DNA of 64,000 nt from Takakia lepidozioides. Taxonomy: Eukaryota > Plantae > Bryophyta. Positions within the stretch are counted from its first letter, which is position 1, and the number at the start of each line of letters is the position of its first letter. The notes under the pieces were generated by a model. That model was given only the letters and a program-made list of their open reading frames with translations, was not told the origin of the DNA and did not search any database. Of the stretch, positions 47,901 to 62,399 are shown in pieces. The position numbers and the translations under genes are program-made. The stretch is from the NCBI GenBank assembly GCA_030704615.1, contig CM060734.1, forward strand, positions 24,304,001 to 24,368,000, read 5' to 3'.

Positions 47901-50900
47901 TTTCTTCCTGGCAGTGTTTTCTCGTATCTCGTTAGCTTTTGGGGAGAGGTTGAATATGGAGTTATCACCACTGGGTTTAGGTGGCCAACAAGACATGTGG
48001 ATGGCTGAGAAATGGATGTCGTTGTTGCAGAAGCAAAAATTAGCCAAGAAGGCTTTGGAACCTACAGGTAAGGCATACTTTGTGGAGATCCGGACCTTCT
48101 GGCATCTCTTCCGAAGCTTCGATCGGATGTGGGCCTTTTACATCTTGGGCCTGCAGGTATATTCTGTGCCCGAAAATTACATCAAAACTCAAACTCGAAG
48201 GTGTTCTGACACAAGACCATACCTTTTCAAATTCCAGACACGTGAAATCCCAGAAATTTGATGATATGGGACCAGAGTCAGATAAGAAGTTCACGCGAGG
48301 CAAACATGGGATCAGCCAATATTACAACAAAACTGCAGCTCTATTGAGAGACATGCATAATGGTAGAATCTTGCAGCTGTTATAAGGAATCTTGCATGTA
48401 TCATTTCTACTGCCATTCCAGATTAGAGATATATTATGACCCCGTTGCTGCATTTTTGTAAGTCTGATTATAGTTTATTCTTCCCCAGGCTTTGATTGTT
48501 CTTGCATGGAATGTGGGCGCGAATCTATCTGCTGCTTTCAACTGGACGGTATTTAAGCAAGTCCTAAGTATTTTCATCACAGCATCTGTCCTCCGCCTCG
48601 CACAAGGTATTCCCTGGAAGTGCACAGCCTCTAATCATGAGAATAAAGAGAAGCACGAGGATAGATGCATGTGACACCTCACCGGTAGCTGCCAAATTCT
48701 TGAACCTGCACAATGCGTGACGCGGAGAAAACCTCAGAGGGGTAGGGAGACATAGATACATGGTACTGGTACTTGTATTAACTTTGTGTCATGTGGTTTC
48801 CTAAACAGCTATGCTAGACATCGTCATGAGCTACCATGCGTACCATAGTCTGAAGTTCTTCGGCGTATTGCGACTGTTGTTGAAGCTATTGACATCAGCT
48901 GCCTGGGTAGTTATCCTCAGCGTTTGCTATGTTCACACCTGGAACAACCCCACTGGTTTGATCAAAGATCTTCAGAAGTGGTTTGGCAATAGTGGGAAAA
49001 GCTCCTATGTATATCTTGCAGCAGTTGTGGTCTATCTGGTGCCAAACTTCATTGGCGGTCTCTTCTTCATCTTCCCCATGTTGAGGCGTTGGATTGAAAG
49101 CTCACATTGGAAAATTGTTCGCTTCTTGCTCTGGTGGTCGCAGGTGTGCCACTTTACTCTTTCTATCCTCTCAATCGTACTTTTGTCCTTTTGACACTGA
49201 GATCATGGGTAGATATTGGTGTCTTATTTTTGTCCCTACCATAACCAGCTATAAGGACCCAAAGTGCTCAGCGTCTTGCCACATGACGCCAGGAATGAAT
49301 GCCAAGGGCATTTCTCTTTTCAACTAGCTGACATGATGTATGTTGTCATCTACTAATGGCAGCCACGACTCTACATTGGCCGCGGAATGCACGAGAGCCA
49401 GTTTGCTCTCTTTGGGTGAGCATCTCTTGGCATCATTCTTGGTATAAATCAAAAGTAAAACACAAGATGTTCAATCTGCGTGTGTTGTTTTGAGACACGT
49501 GTTTGTTCCCCACCTAGTCCTTTTGTATTGTCATGACTTTTCTTTGCATAAAACAGGGATTTGAGTATATGCTACAGATCTTTCCACTTTGTCTTGTTTT
49601 TCTGAATATATAGCACTAGTAATTGTGTTGGGATGTGTATGACACATTCCAGGTACACGTTCTTCTGGTTTCTACTTCTTTCCACCAAGTTTGTCTTCAG
49701 TTACTATGTCCAGGTACTACTTGTGGTGTTGTAAGTTTTATTTCTTGTATTTTACGAAGTTCCATTGTCAAAACGCAGTAGATTTTACAAGTCGTCGAAG
49801 TCTTGGTCGATTCGCATTTGAAATGGCATGAGTGTCTTTCTTGTGGTTGTGACCCACACATCTCAATTTCACTCTTGCCAAGGTTTCATCAGAGCAACAG
49901 TCATATTTGCCTTCTTCCCCTAGCAGTCCAGTCTTGTGCCTCTGTTGAAGTGGCCTCACCATCCCCTCCGGCATAGTTTCTTTGGGGTGCAAGAGTTCAA
50001 GCTGTCCATTTGTGTCAATCCTGTATTGTTCTCGTCCTCAATCCATTACAGAACATTTATGTCCGTCTGTCAGGAAAGTGGATATGTCTAAATGCTATCT
50101 TGTGGGTGTTCCATATAACAACCTCATGTTGCTGACTGATCTTTGCATGCCTACAGATAAATCCTTTAGTGGGTCCGACAAAGAGAATTATGCACCAAAC
50201 TGCTGTCACGTATGCCTGGCACGAATTTTTTCCACATGGTTTGTTTTCTGTTTTCCTGGATGGAAAGAGAAACTAAGATAGGTGCTCCTTCAGTGCCCAA
50301 TGGTGCTCAGCATCAGCAAAAGCTTGACACTTTACCAGGGATTATCTACAGTAGGACTGAATAAACTCCATAGTGCATAACTTGGTTTGCAATACCCAGT
50401 TGCTTGATAGTCATTTGGGTAATACTGACTCTGCATGTAACCTTGTTATTGCAGCAAAGAGCAATGCTGGAGCTTTGATCTCTTTGTGGACTCCAGTGAT
50501 TCTGGTTTGTTGACTGTTGTTGACCACTCTATAAGTAAAAGCTTGTATATTGTATGTAGTTGCTGGTTACAGATATTCTGATATCCTCTATAGTGTAAAT
50601 TTCATGAATAGTGCTCTCACATCCCAAAATGATCCCTAATGTGCAGGTTTATTTCATGGACTCCCAAATTTGGTACTCTGTATTTTCAACATTGTTTGGT
50701 GGTATTTCTGGTTCTTTCCGCCGTCTTGGAGAGGTATTTGATTGCCTAATCGCCAAGGTCCTGTATGTCAAAAGTAGGTTAATCAGAGTAAATTAGAGGA
50801 TATTTGGTATGCCACAGTAGGTGCACTCCTCCTTCTGTATCACCAACTAATCTGTATATCTCATCTTTTGGGGTTAACATGTTTTTTTAACTCATTCCTT

Positions 50901-53900
50901 TCATTTGGATGTGGTTCTTCAAATTTCATGTCTTTAGGAGCCATTCTGCACGGAACCTGTCTGATTCTTCCTCTTTTTCATATGGAACCGGTCTGATGTG
51001 GTTTCTGAGTACAACCTTTCAGACGTTCTGATCCTCTCTCAATGACACAGATCATTTGGGTGGACACTCCCGTCTTCATTCAGTCACTGTATTCACAGTG
51101 ACCAGTGTGTTGGTTTTTCTACAGATTCGGACATTAGAAATGCTGCGGTCTCGTTTCAGCTCATTACCAGGAGCATTCAACGAAAATCTTGTGCCAGCTG
51201 ATCGGAAGAAGGCCCGACGTGGTTTCTCTTTCCGTCGCCACTTTGACAAGGTCTCAATTTCCATGGAAACGATGACTCCAATGAGTTGATATAGAATGCC
51301 ATGAAGGCCAATGTGCTCCTTTACATCAAATGTTTCGAGTAGGTACAGCAGATTAGGAGTACAAGCTTCAGGAGCATAGTTTTTATCCAACCTTGGGGAT
51401 GTTTAAGGGGGGGACTTGATATTGCCATGCTCTGCAGACTCCCAACCATCTATGTTCTGATTGGGAAAAATTAAATGACCATGCAGGTGCAACCGCAAAA
51501 GAACAGGCTGAAGGCTGCCAGGTTTGCTCCACTATGGAATGAAGTAATCATGAGCTTCCGCATGGAGGATCTTATAAGTGACAGGCAAGATTTCTTTACT
51601 GGGGGAATGAGGGAATAGACAGAGTGTGTTGATGTTCAAATTGTACCTGCAGAGGGCTTGGGTTTGTGGTGCCTTGTATGCATATCCGTGGCTATCGAAG
51701 ACCATTTAATGAGCCAAAGATGAGTGTCTCAAGCTCCTGCACTCCCCAGAAGAAACGTTTTCCCAGCATGGTTGGATAGTGAATGACTATGTACTCTGTT
51801 CTTTTGCAGGGAGAGGGATCTGATGCTTGTACCCTATTCCCTGGACCCTGACCTCGATATGGTGCAGTGGCCCCCATTCTTACTTGCCAGCAAGGTGAGA
51901 GCTGTAGTCTTTTCTTTCATGTACCATTTCATTTCATGCAGAAAAGCCAATAGCCTATTCTATTTATTTATATTGTGATGAACTTATTGTTGACCATGGC
52001 AACTATTATGTTCGTGAAGTGCCGTTAATAGTAAGGGAGTGCATACCAGACCCATTCTCAAAAGGCTCTCCCTCTACAATGTAGTTCTATCCTTGGACTT
52101 GAATACCGAGAAACAAAATGAAATGGTACGTTATCATGTCGTCGGAAAACTCAAACAGCTTCTGGGACACTAGGAAATAAATGGTACTTATAACGTCCGT
52201 CGAAAGCTTAAAGAGCTTATGGAACAGGAAGAATGAAGCAAGAAAGAGAGGGGCCACAATCAGCCCAAAAACAACTAAATTTCCTGGTTTCCTGGATTAC
52301 ATAGTTGAATCTTCAACAGATCTCATTTTTTAAAGGGCAGTCCAAGAAGACATGTTCTTCGCTTTCAATTTCTCTGTAGTTCCCAGCACAGTGCATGAAA
52401 GCATAGTGGGTTATCATGCTGCAGATTTTCCCACCACCAGTCTCTATCTGCAGCCTATGAGAGCCCACCCTGAACATCCCCAATGCCTGATTGTGAAGAT
52501 AGAGGACGTAGATGTGTCCTCATAAAGCCTAACAAGTTTATTGGACTTCAAGTCTGGGAGTCCATTGAGTGTCCCTTCTGTAACAGTTAACTCCTTAAGG
52601 GAGCTGGATGTTCAGTATGGGCTTTAAAAGTACCTCTACATTTTATGTGGTGAGCACTCTGGATCTGTGGCCACCATTGTGATTAGACGATCATTATTTC
52701 TTTTGCATGATCAGGTACCAATTGCATTGCAAATGGCAAAGGAGGCAGACGAGCTTGGCAGAGCAGCGGACTTGTTCAGGAAGATCAGGCATGACGAGTA
52801 CATGAAGTCTGCAGTGACAGAATGCTATTCTTCCTTCAAACGAGTGTTGAGAGTTCTTATTGTTGGTGATGTGGAGAAGAGGTACTGCATATAATACTAG
52901 GGCTTAAATTTTTTTCGCTGTTAGCTCACATCATTAGCTCCCCAACAATCCTGCTACAGTCCACAAGAAGCTTGACCAGCTTATGGAACGGGAACACTCT
53001 CTTAATAGTGACTGTTGTGGTTTGTAGGGTGTCCTGTGGAGGTGCTAATTATGATTTCATTTGTCTCCTCCATTGATATTTCTGCAGTCAATATCATCTT
53101 TGCACTTTGAGGTTGAGTGTAAAACCTGGCGGACTGAAAGCCAGAGAAGTGTTAGTACTCCACATAGACATTGCCCCACAGGATCGGTCATATCAACATT
53201 TCCAGACTGTTTTCCCTTTTTCCCCAACAACCACAACACGTAGCATAAGTGTATGCATGGGAAGGGCATAATGAATGGTTAATTAAGCTGTAGTGAAGCT
53301 GTCTACCATAGATTCGATTCCATTCATCTTTGTGAGCACGGTAATGACTTTTGACTTCCAAGACCAAGCCTAACATTGTATACAACATGTAGCTCCAGAG
53401 AGGGCCTCATGTCCTTTGAGACTATGCATGTAGCGAGTGTTTGCTGGTTACAGAGTCCATGACTATATAACGCCTCATTTGTTTTCTTCCAAAGAGGTTC
53501 ACTGAAGTGATGGCTGTGATAAGGAATATCTGTTTCTTGCTATCCCTGCCGGTCCACGTCATCCCTTCTGCATGGTTCACATGGTCCCTTCTTGCAGCAA
53601 TTCACTCTCTTGTCTTTTATGAATGAGCAATGTAGCAATACTAACAAGTGGATGGACCCATCAGGGTTATTGAAGGAGTTCTGAATGAAGTTGATGTAAA
53701 CATCAATAAAGGAACTCTACTTACCAACTTCAAGATGTCGGCTCTTCCTGTTTTAAGTGCGAAGTTCCTTGAACTTCTTGAACTTTTGGTACGTAGCCCT
53801 TAAAAAATGTTCTGTTTCATGATAGCTTGGTTTAGGTGTCTTTGATGTTCACAAAATTGTGTGACACAGAGATTTCCTTCTGTCTACTCTTCCAATAGTT

Positions 53901-56900
53901 AAATGCCCGCGGTGATTCAGGAAGCAGACCATGGGGATAAGGAGGGAGTGGAATCTGCACGTGACCTTGCAGTTCTGAAGCTCCAGGATATGTATGAGGT
54001 TGTAACCCGTGATCTCATGAATGAGTCCCAAAGGTGATTTCCTTCACAAAGAATTTTTTCTATTTACAATCATGGATTTGTATCCAATGTTCTTTGGGCT
54101 GGAAGAGAAGCATAGATGCATTTCCTTCCTGGATTCTCTTTCTTCCATACATCAGTTGAGATCGTTTATCTTTACCAGGGATATTTGGGAATCGAGCCAT
54201 GGATCATTAACACGTGGCCATGAAGGAGAACTCTTTTCTGCGGTGCTTTTCCCCCCACCACGTACGGAGGCATGGATTGAGCAGGTATGGTGGAACATTG
54301 TCTGGTAAACATTGTCTGGCAAACATTGTAATGTTGACCTTTATCTTAGCTGCCAATAACTTGAGTGACTGGATGGGATGAGAGGCCAATGCTACACATC
54401 TCCCTCCTTCCTCCTCCTCAAAGCAACATGGCACTGATTTTTTCCTCCTTTCCATAAAATCAGAACGGACTCAACTTATACAATTCGATTATGGGGTCTG
54501 CAGATTAAAAGGCTTCACTTGTTGATGACGGAAAGAGAGGCAGCCATGGACGTGCCTCAAAATCTTGAGGCTCGTCGCCGCATTGCCTTTTTCACAAATT
54601 CGTTGTTCATGGATATGCCACGGGCTCCCAGAGTTCGAAATATGCTCTCTTTTAGGTTTCTTCCTTTTCCTCTCTATCTCTTTCTTGTCTCTTTATGATC
54701 CTCAGAAACTGAAATCTACTTTCTGATCCTCAGATATTAGGTCCAGATTTTAGGTTCAGATTTTAGGATCGGAAATAAGAGGATCAGAAGTGCTTGGCAA
54801 CAAAATTACATCTGAGTCAGCGCATCCATCAAGAGTTGTTGTTTTCTTTATTCGCTTTCTCCTTTCTCCTTTCTCCTCTGATTTTTCTGCGCTAGATCAG
54901 GGGCAGAAAGCAAAGAAAGTATCCTCCACTTCTATTGGTGTTGGGTTTGCATTGACCAGTGTTCCATCTGTGCAGTGTGTTGACTCCTTATTACAAGGAG
55001 GATGTTGTCTACTCCAAGGACAACTTAAACAAGGAAAATGAAGATGGTGTGTCTGTCTTATTCTACCTACAGAAAATCTATCCGGGTGTGTAATAGCTTC
55101 TTATTCTTTTTACTCTTTCACAGGAATTGAATTCTTTCTATTTCGCTTGTATAGCAATAATATTGCTGAGCATTGCTGCTCTACATGCTGTCCAGATAAC
55201 AGAATAGATTTGTCAATGCTATTCAATGTCTTTCTACAGCATGACCCAAACAGATTGTCTTCCTCGTGGTTTTGGTCAACAGACTAATTGCCGAAGTGCT
55301 TTGCATTGACTAGATGAGTGGGACAACTTCCTTGAGCGCCTTGGTTTAACCACTAGTCCAGACCCTGAGGCTGAAATTTTCGGCAATGAAGAACTAGAGG
55401 ACAAGCTCCGAGAGTGGGCATCATTTCGTGGCCAAACTCTGTCTCGTACAGGTGTTCTGTCCTGCACTGATTTTTGATATTGTGCTATACTCACAGGAGT
55501 GTTCAGAAAACCTTATTTGACTTTTTTTGGTTCTTTGGTGGGTTTTTTTCATCTGTATATTTGTGAGTTGATTTTTCGTAGTCAGTGTTTCCACTTACAA
55601 ACATCTTGCATTTAAAGTCTGGGCTCTGAAAATGACATTTCAGTTTACCCTTATCTTTAGGCTGTCTTGTCATGTAATACTTCAAACTGTACCCATTTTC
55701 TCTTAAAGTAAATGGTGATAAGGGGGTGCTTAATAATATTTGGGTCTCCTTCTTGAAGTATTTGACTGCAACTGTCGATCTGTAGAGCTTGACGTTTTAA
55801 ACTTGTTTTTGGGCTTTCTGACCTGTCATGCTTTGTTGTAGGATGTACCTAAACTCAGCTCTCACATTTCTGTATATTTATACATTTAGATGAACTCTGT
55901 GCTGAATTGTCATCAATAGCATGCTCATTCGGTCCCTACAGTCCCTACATTGTGTTTATGTAACTTCTGTTTTTGGTTGGATTTGTTGCAGTGAGGGGTA
56001 TGATGTATTACAGAAGAGCTTTGGAGCTGCAAGCCTTTTTGGACATGGCGACTGAAGATGGTACTATATTTCTATCTAAGCAGTTTTCTTTACACCACGT
56101 TCATCTTTCATCAGGCACGCATTTTAAGAGGCGTGGATAGGATCTTCAGGGGCTAGCTTGATATATATGCTGAGATCATTCTAATGAGTTCTGTCTAATG
56201 AGTTCTGGGCTCCAGTTTTACAGAGTCGGCTGTATCCATCCACCTGCTCGTGGGTGTCGGCAAAGCCCACCTTCCTTTCCTACATTTGCCTACCAGGCAT
56301 ATGCAGTCTAGTTGCCAGCCTCAGAAATATAGAGACCTCTCTGGAACAGCTGACGGCTGTATTTCCCCTGGTGCTGTGTGGGATATGGCTGTCTGGTCCA
56401 TACTTTCAAGGATGTTTGAGTTGCACGTATCCATTTACAGGGAATTGCAATTATTATGTTTTAAAGTAGAATTCTTGAAGTTGCAGTCTTCAGTGTTGTA
56501 CAAGCCAAGGGAGATTCCTCAGAGTGTACTTAAGCTATACAAGTCTGGAGAATGAAGCGGATTGCTAGTGATAAAACCTTGTACTATGCAGAGCTTGCGG
56601 ATGGTTACAAGGTGATCACCAATACTCCAGCAGAGCAAAAGAAGAGCCAGCGCTCCACCTGGTCACAGTTGCAAGCCATTGCTGACATGAAATTCACCTA
56701 TGTTGCTGCTTGTCAAAATTACGGCGAACAAAAGAGACAAAGTCACCACAATGCCACTGAGATTCTTAAACTCATGCTGAAGTATAACCTGACTTCTCCT
56801 CTGTTTATTATGCATTAGCCATTTCTTCCTATCACTTTTGACCCCAAAGAATCTACAACTAACAGATCTGCTGCTTAAATATTTTGCAAAGGCTGTGTCA

Positions 56901-59900
56901 TAATTGCTCCCCTCCCACTACCTTCCTCCCCCCTAGTAGAAGTCTCTGACATATTTACCACTGTCTGGTTTCTGTGCAGCAATAGTTCACTTCGTGTGGC
57001 ATACATTGATGAGGTGGAGGAGAGACTGAAGGACAAAACTGATAAGGTATACTACTCTGTGTTGGTGAAGGCTGTCAATGGACTTGACCAGGAGATCTAC
57101 AGAATCAAGTTACCTGGTCTTGTCAAACTGGGCGAAGGAAAACCTGAAAACCAAAACCATGCTATCATCTTCACACGAGGGGAAGCCCTCCAGGCCATTG
57201 ACATGAACCAGGTGTGTTCTTAGACTAGGTTTTGAAGCCGCTTGCATATTTACACAATGCTGTCTTTTAGCATAGTTCAAGTCTGTTTTCCTATTTTCTC
57301 TTCTTGTCTGTCCCATAAGCTGTTTGAGCTTCTCATGGATGGTCTTTTATACAATCTAGATTAGACACAAGATGGAATTGCTTCCAACATTCCAGTGGGT
57401 AAGGCACTGTAGCTACAGATAGGTATGAGAAGTCTACGAATGCTTGTCAACTTTTAGAGACAATCCAGCTGCAAGTGCAGGTGTTTGTTGGCTGGATCAC
57501 AAGCGGCATACGCAGATAGTCTGCCTTAAAAGGACACAAGAGTTGAAAGATCACCTGTTTCTGCCAACCTATAGATGTTTGGGGCATCTCAACATAAAGT
57601 ACCTCAGAAAAGCTAAGCTTTTCCATTTGTTGCTCTTGCACCTGGGGAGTATAGGTGGTACATTGGGGTCATCTAAGTCCCTCTCTCTGTGTGGGTCTGT
57701 AGGACAATTACTTGGAGGAGGCGTTTAAGATGCGCAACCTGCTGGAAGAGTTTCATGAGCCCCACGGAGTGCGGCCCCCAAGTATTCTCGGTGTGCGAGA
57801 GCACATTTTTACGGGCAGGTAAATGGATTTGTTGGTAACGGTGAGGATGTTCACATGATATGAGTCACCAGAAAATAACTGAGATTTCAGTATTCGAAGA
57901 GAGGAAACCTGCTTTGTTCAAGGGGAAGTTTGGACAGATTGAAGAAAATGTTTCTCTCATCGTATGTGTATCTATGTTTGATGACAGATATAGAGCAGAG
58001 CATTTCATGTATCTGGGGTTGTTGGGTGGGGTGATTGCAGTGTGTCATCTCTTGCATGGTTTATGTCAAATCAGGAGATGAGCTTTGTGACTATTGGACA
58101 GCGTGTACTGGCTAGCCCGCTTAAGTAAGTTGCTCCTAATGGCAGGACACATCCAGTTACACATCCAGTTATCCTAACAGGATCTGACCAAACAGGATTT
58201 GCACGTAGATAACTCATATTAGTTATTTACTTCAGGCTTTGCTTGTTCTTTTCTCTTTTTGTTTCTAACCCTGATATAACTTGAACTGTGATGCATTTAA
58301 TTGCATTTCTGTATGGCATGTCTTAGAAATACCCTACTGTCATCAAGTTCATTTTCCTCCTGATTTCCTGAGGGGCCTCTAATAGCATAGAGCTTGTCAG
58401 AGGGAGAGACGAAATAATATTCTTGGTTGGCAACAGGGTGCGATTTCATTATGGTCATCCAGATGTCTTTGATAGAGTGTTCCACATAACAAGAGGAGGG
58501 ATAAGCAAAGCCTCTCGTGGTATCAATTTAAGTGAGGACATCTTTGCAGGTGAATATCTCTCTCTCTGTCTTTCTTTCTTCATGTGGACGTTATAAAGTA
58601 CCATTTCATTTCATTTCTCTTTCTTTCAGTGCCCTTTACCTTCATCAATCATTGATTCTTAGGCAAACCTTTGAACTATAATTGCTTTTGGGCTGCCTTT
58701 CTGGTTTCTTTCCTGCTTTTGTTCCTCCTTTTGCTCTTTGAGCCTCCGCAGACGTTGTGAAATACCAGTTCATTTCAGTTCATTTCTCTCTCTCTCTCCC
58801 TCTCTCGTACAAGGCCCTGATTGGTTTCCTGTGAGGTGGCCATAAGGCTATGGAAAGCCCACAGGCTACGGCAGCATTTTTGTGTGAGGCTTGTAAGAAA
58901 ATCTCTTGATGAATCGGCTGGACCCATTTTGATTCTCTTGTCTACTTTCTTTTGTCCTCTTTGTGCTTATAAAATTTATTTCTTTGTTTCTTTTGTTTGG
59001 GCCTATTAGTCTACTGCGGATGTTTTCTTCCTTTGTCCCAGAAACTCTTTCTTCTTTATGTGTTCCTTCCTCCCTTTCCAAATTTGTTTTGCACACTGGA
59101 TTTTGGTGGCCTTTTCTCCTGTATTTTCTTGTTTTCTTCTGTCTACCTCTTGTAAGGCTTTGTATCTTTTTCAGGTTTCTTGTTCCCTTCAATCATGCCT
59201 AAAAGTTCACCAGGGTAGCTTTCGAATATCCTTGAATTCAGGTTTTGGGGCTTTCACATGTTGCTTCTCTTATTGCATGACCTCCTGCCCTCACATGGGA
59301 TTGAAACTAAATCGAAACTAACTGAAAGTGTGGCTTGCATATGCTGTGAACGTGGAACAGGTTTTAATTCAATCCTCCGACGGGGTAATGTTACCCATCA
59401 CGAATACATTCAAGTTGGAAAGGGTCGTGATGTTGGGCTGAACCAGATTTCCCTATTTGAGGCCAAAATTGCAAATGGAAATGGTGAACAGGCCCTCAGC
59501 AGGGATATTTATCGTCTGGGCCACCGATTTGACTTTTTCCGCATGTTGTCTTGCTACTTCACCACTGTCGGCTTCTACTCCAGCACATTGGTGATTCCAC
59601 AACTTTTTTCGAACTAGAAAAATGTTTAGGAGGTCGCAGAGTTGTATCTGGTTGAAATTGTTGGAAATCTCCCTTCGTACCTATTACACTGCCTTTTATG
59701 CCTTCGTGTTCTGCTTCCTGAATGCATTCATTTGTGGTTTTATACATATACACATGTACCTGGCGACCTCCCCAATGGTTGGAGGAACAGTGTTCTCCAA
59801 CCCTCAGGCTCATTAACCTCGTCTATGTTTGTGCTTTCAATTTCCTGACTGCGCCATCTTGTATACAGATCGTGGTCCTTACCGTATACTTGTTTTTGTA

Positions 59901-62080
59901 CGGGCGCATCTACCTTGCACTCAGTGGAGTCGATAAATCCTTGTTGTATTTAGGAGACAACAAAGCCCTTACGGCTGCTTTGGCATCACAGTCCTTGGTG
60001 CAGCTAGGGTTACTTATGGCCCTACCTATGGTGATGGAGATCGGGCTTGAAAGAGGGTTCCGGACGGCGCTGAGCGATTTCTTCATCATGCAGCTTCAGC
60101 TTGCCTCGGTTTTCTTTACTTTCTCTTTGGGGACAAAGACCCACTACTTTGGCCGTACAGTACTACATGGCGGTGCTAAGTATCGGGCAACCGGCCGGGG
60201 ATTCGTCGTACGGCATGAGCGGTTTGCCGAGAATTACAGGCTGTACTCTCGATCTCACTTCACTAAAGCTATTGAGATCCTGATGTTACTCATAGTGTAC
60301 AGTGTCTATGCTTCATCTCACAAGGGTGCCATCACGTACGTCTTGATCACCTTCTCAATGTGGTTGCTGGTGGCTACATGGCTCTTCGCCCCTTTTTTGT
60401 TCAACCCATCAGGTTTTGAATGGCAGAAGATTGTGGAGGACTGGGATGACTGGAACAAGTGGATCAACAATAGGTACACAAATTGCTTGTCTTTGCTAGT
60501 TATTTCTAAAGTTGATGACCTCAACCAAGGTAGTCTAACATCTGTGCTGTGTTTTCGGTGAGTATGCATAATGCTGTAAAGATGAACTGCAGGTGGACCA
60601 ATTACACTTGTCCTGTTTCTGCTTCATCACCTTGACCATCTAAAGTATTTCATGTTACTGATGTGGCAGGGGAGGCATCGGGGTGGATGGAAACAAGAGT
60701 TGGGAATCTTGGTGGGATGAGGAGCAAGAGCATCTTAAGTATACAGGACGTCGTGGATGTTTGATTGAAATCCTCCTCTCATTCCGATTCTTCTTGTATC
60801 AATACGGGATTGTCTACCACTTGCACATTGTTGAAGTATCGAAAACTCACAGCCTCAGCGTATGTTTTCGCTGCTTGATTGCTTGATTGACCCCTCTGTT
60901 TGGTGGTCAGGACAACACTGTTTGTATTCCTGAATGTTTTCCAGCTAGCAACAATTTTAAGTCTACTTCTCTATGGAATTCTCCACTTGGTGGTCTTAAA
61001 TAGTGGGATAGACTAACACTGGGTCTGTATGTTATGTTTATCAGGTATATGGGCTCTCATGGCTTGTTATTGTTGCTGTCCTGACAGTACTGAAGGTACT
61101 CTCCCTCTTCTTTTGGCCCCTGACCCCACGCTCTCTCTACTCTTTCTCAGGGGTTTTCTGGCCTCTCATCAATGTAAAATAGTTCTTAATTGTTGTGCAT
61201 GAGACCTTACAGGATCTCTTTTAAGTTGAATTGTAGTTTTTTGATTGTGGTGGGGCTAGCTGTTGGGTGTGGGGCTAATCATATGCATGTGGCGGTGTGA
61301 GGCTACGGCAATTTCATAGTTAGATTTAGTCTCTCGCATACTGCTGTATTTATCCTGTTGCAGCAGTGGCCACATATTTGTGGACACAAAACCGATCTAC
61401 AATTTTCAGTTGGATATGGAAAGTACGATTCTTAGCTGTTGGCTGTGGCTTCTGGATGCAGATAGTATCAATGGGAAGGAGGAGATTCAGTGCGGATTTT
61501 CAACTCATGTTCAGACTGCTGAAGGCTATGTTGTTCATCGGTTTTGTATCAGTGGTCGCAGTCCTGTTCGTGAAAAATTTCACGATTGGTGACCTATTTG
61601 CTAGCATTTTGGCCTTTATACCCACAGGATGGGCACTGCTGCAGGTTTCTACATGTCTCAGCTTGTTTTTCCTCATGGGCTGCTAGACATAGAAGAGAAG
61701 TTCTGTATCTGTGATCACACATAGTTGACAAGCACTTGACGAGCTATGCTTCAGAGCTAATTAATGGTGTACATGTTGGACAGAACCAAAGAGGGAGCAA
61801 GAGCTCGATGATGGATTGTGATCTGAAGAGGTCGATGTGGGTATGTGTGCAGATAGCACAAGCATGCAAGCCACTAGTGGCGAGGATTGGATTTTGGGAC
61901 TCCGTCAAGGCCCTTGCACGAGCATACGAGTTTATGATGGGTCTTGTCCTATTCACGCCTGTGGCTGTCCTTGCATGGTTCCCTTTCGTTTCAGAGTTCC
62001 AGACTCGCCTCCTCTTCAACCAGGCATTCAGTAGAGGATTGCAAATTTCGCGTATTCTTGCTGGCAGGAGGAAAGTATAG
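41954..62080 (+). CDS. CalS: Callose synthase (1,3-beta-glucan synthase, GT48; multi-exon CalS1/3/5-type), about 42 coding exons
   Basis: Exons include 41954-42239, 42550-42650, 42909-43030, 43465-43558, 43788-43898, 44582-44710 ... 59869-60473 and 61853-62080. Hallmarks: [142 protein letters not shown]. No disabling lesion seen. Confidence 0.97.
42674..42930 (+). repeat. About 130-bp tandem duplication covering the intron 2 acceptor and first 22 nt of exon 3
   Basis: 42674-42801 versus 42804-42930; both copies contain gtaatgtag|gatcaagaaccaacattggaag. Confidence 0.95.
44109..44411 (-). mobile_element. Intronic relic of an RTEX/CR1-like LINE C-terminus
   Basis: [14 protein letters not shown] matches the FRxGSHxL motif also seen at 52250-52620. 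Confidence 0.5.
46696..47095 (+). mobile_element. Intronic 3' fragment of an RTEX/CR1-like LINE
   Basis: [28 protein letters not shown]...FLEDIWKSR, followed by a GC-rich 3' end ggcgcggggtcaatggccacaaggctac. Confidence 0.7.
52250..52620 (-). mobile_element. Intronic relic of an RTEX/CR1-like LINE C-terminus
   Basis: Minus-strand pieces [14 protein letters not shown] and [12 protein letters not shown]. Confidence 0.55.
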
Positions 62081-62399
62081 GCATGAGACTCTCTCCATTT
62101 TTTATATGTGGGAAGGAGTCTCTAGGCATGTATGACCTTAGGTATCGTTCCAAATTGTGTTGTCGATTGGTGGGCAGGGAAGCTACATCAAAGCTAAGAT
62201 AAGGTTCCATGTAATTAAAGTTTCTTCTCTTGTTGGAAGAGAACGAAGCACTCTGTCATCTGCGAGAAGGTTGTTTTGTTGACTATTGTCCTTCCCGAAT
62301 GACTACCAAAATGTAAAAAACAAATTCTTTGCAACTGAAATATATTGACAAATCTCACTTTGCCGATTTCAAATTTGGAATCTAGATATACTTCAAACT

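Noticed and set aside
57360-57640. A further intronic LINE relic
   Set aside because: Only a weak DHLFL-like resemblance; not supportable.
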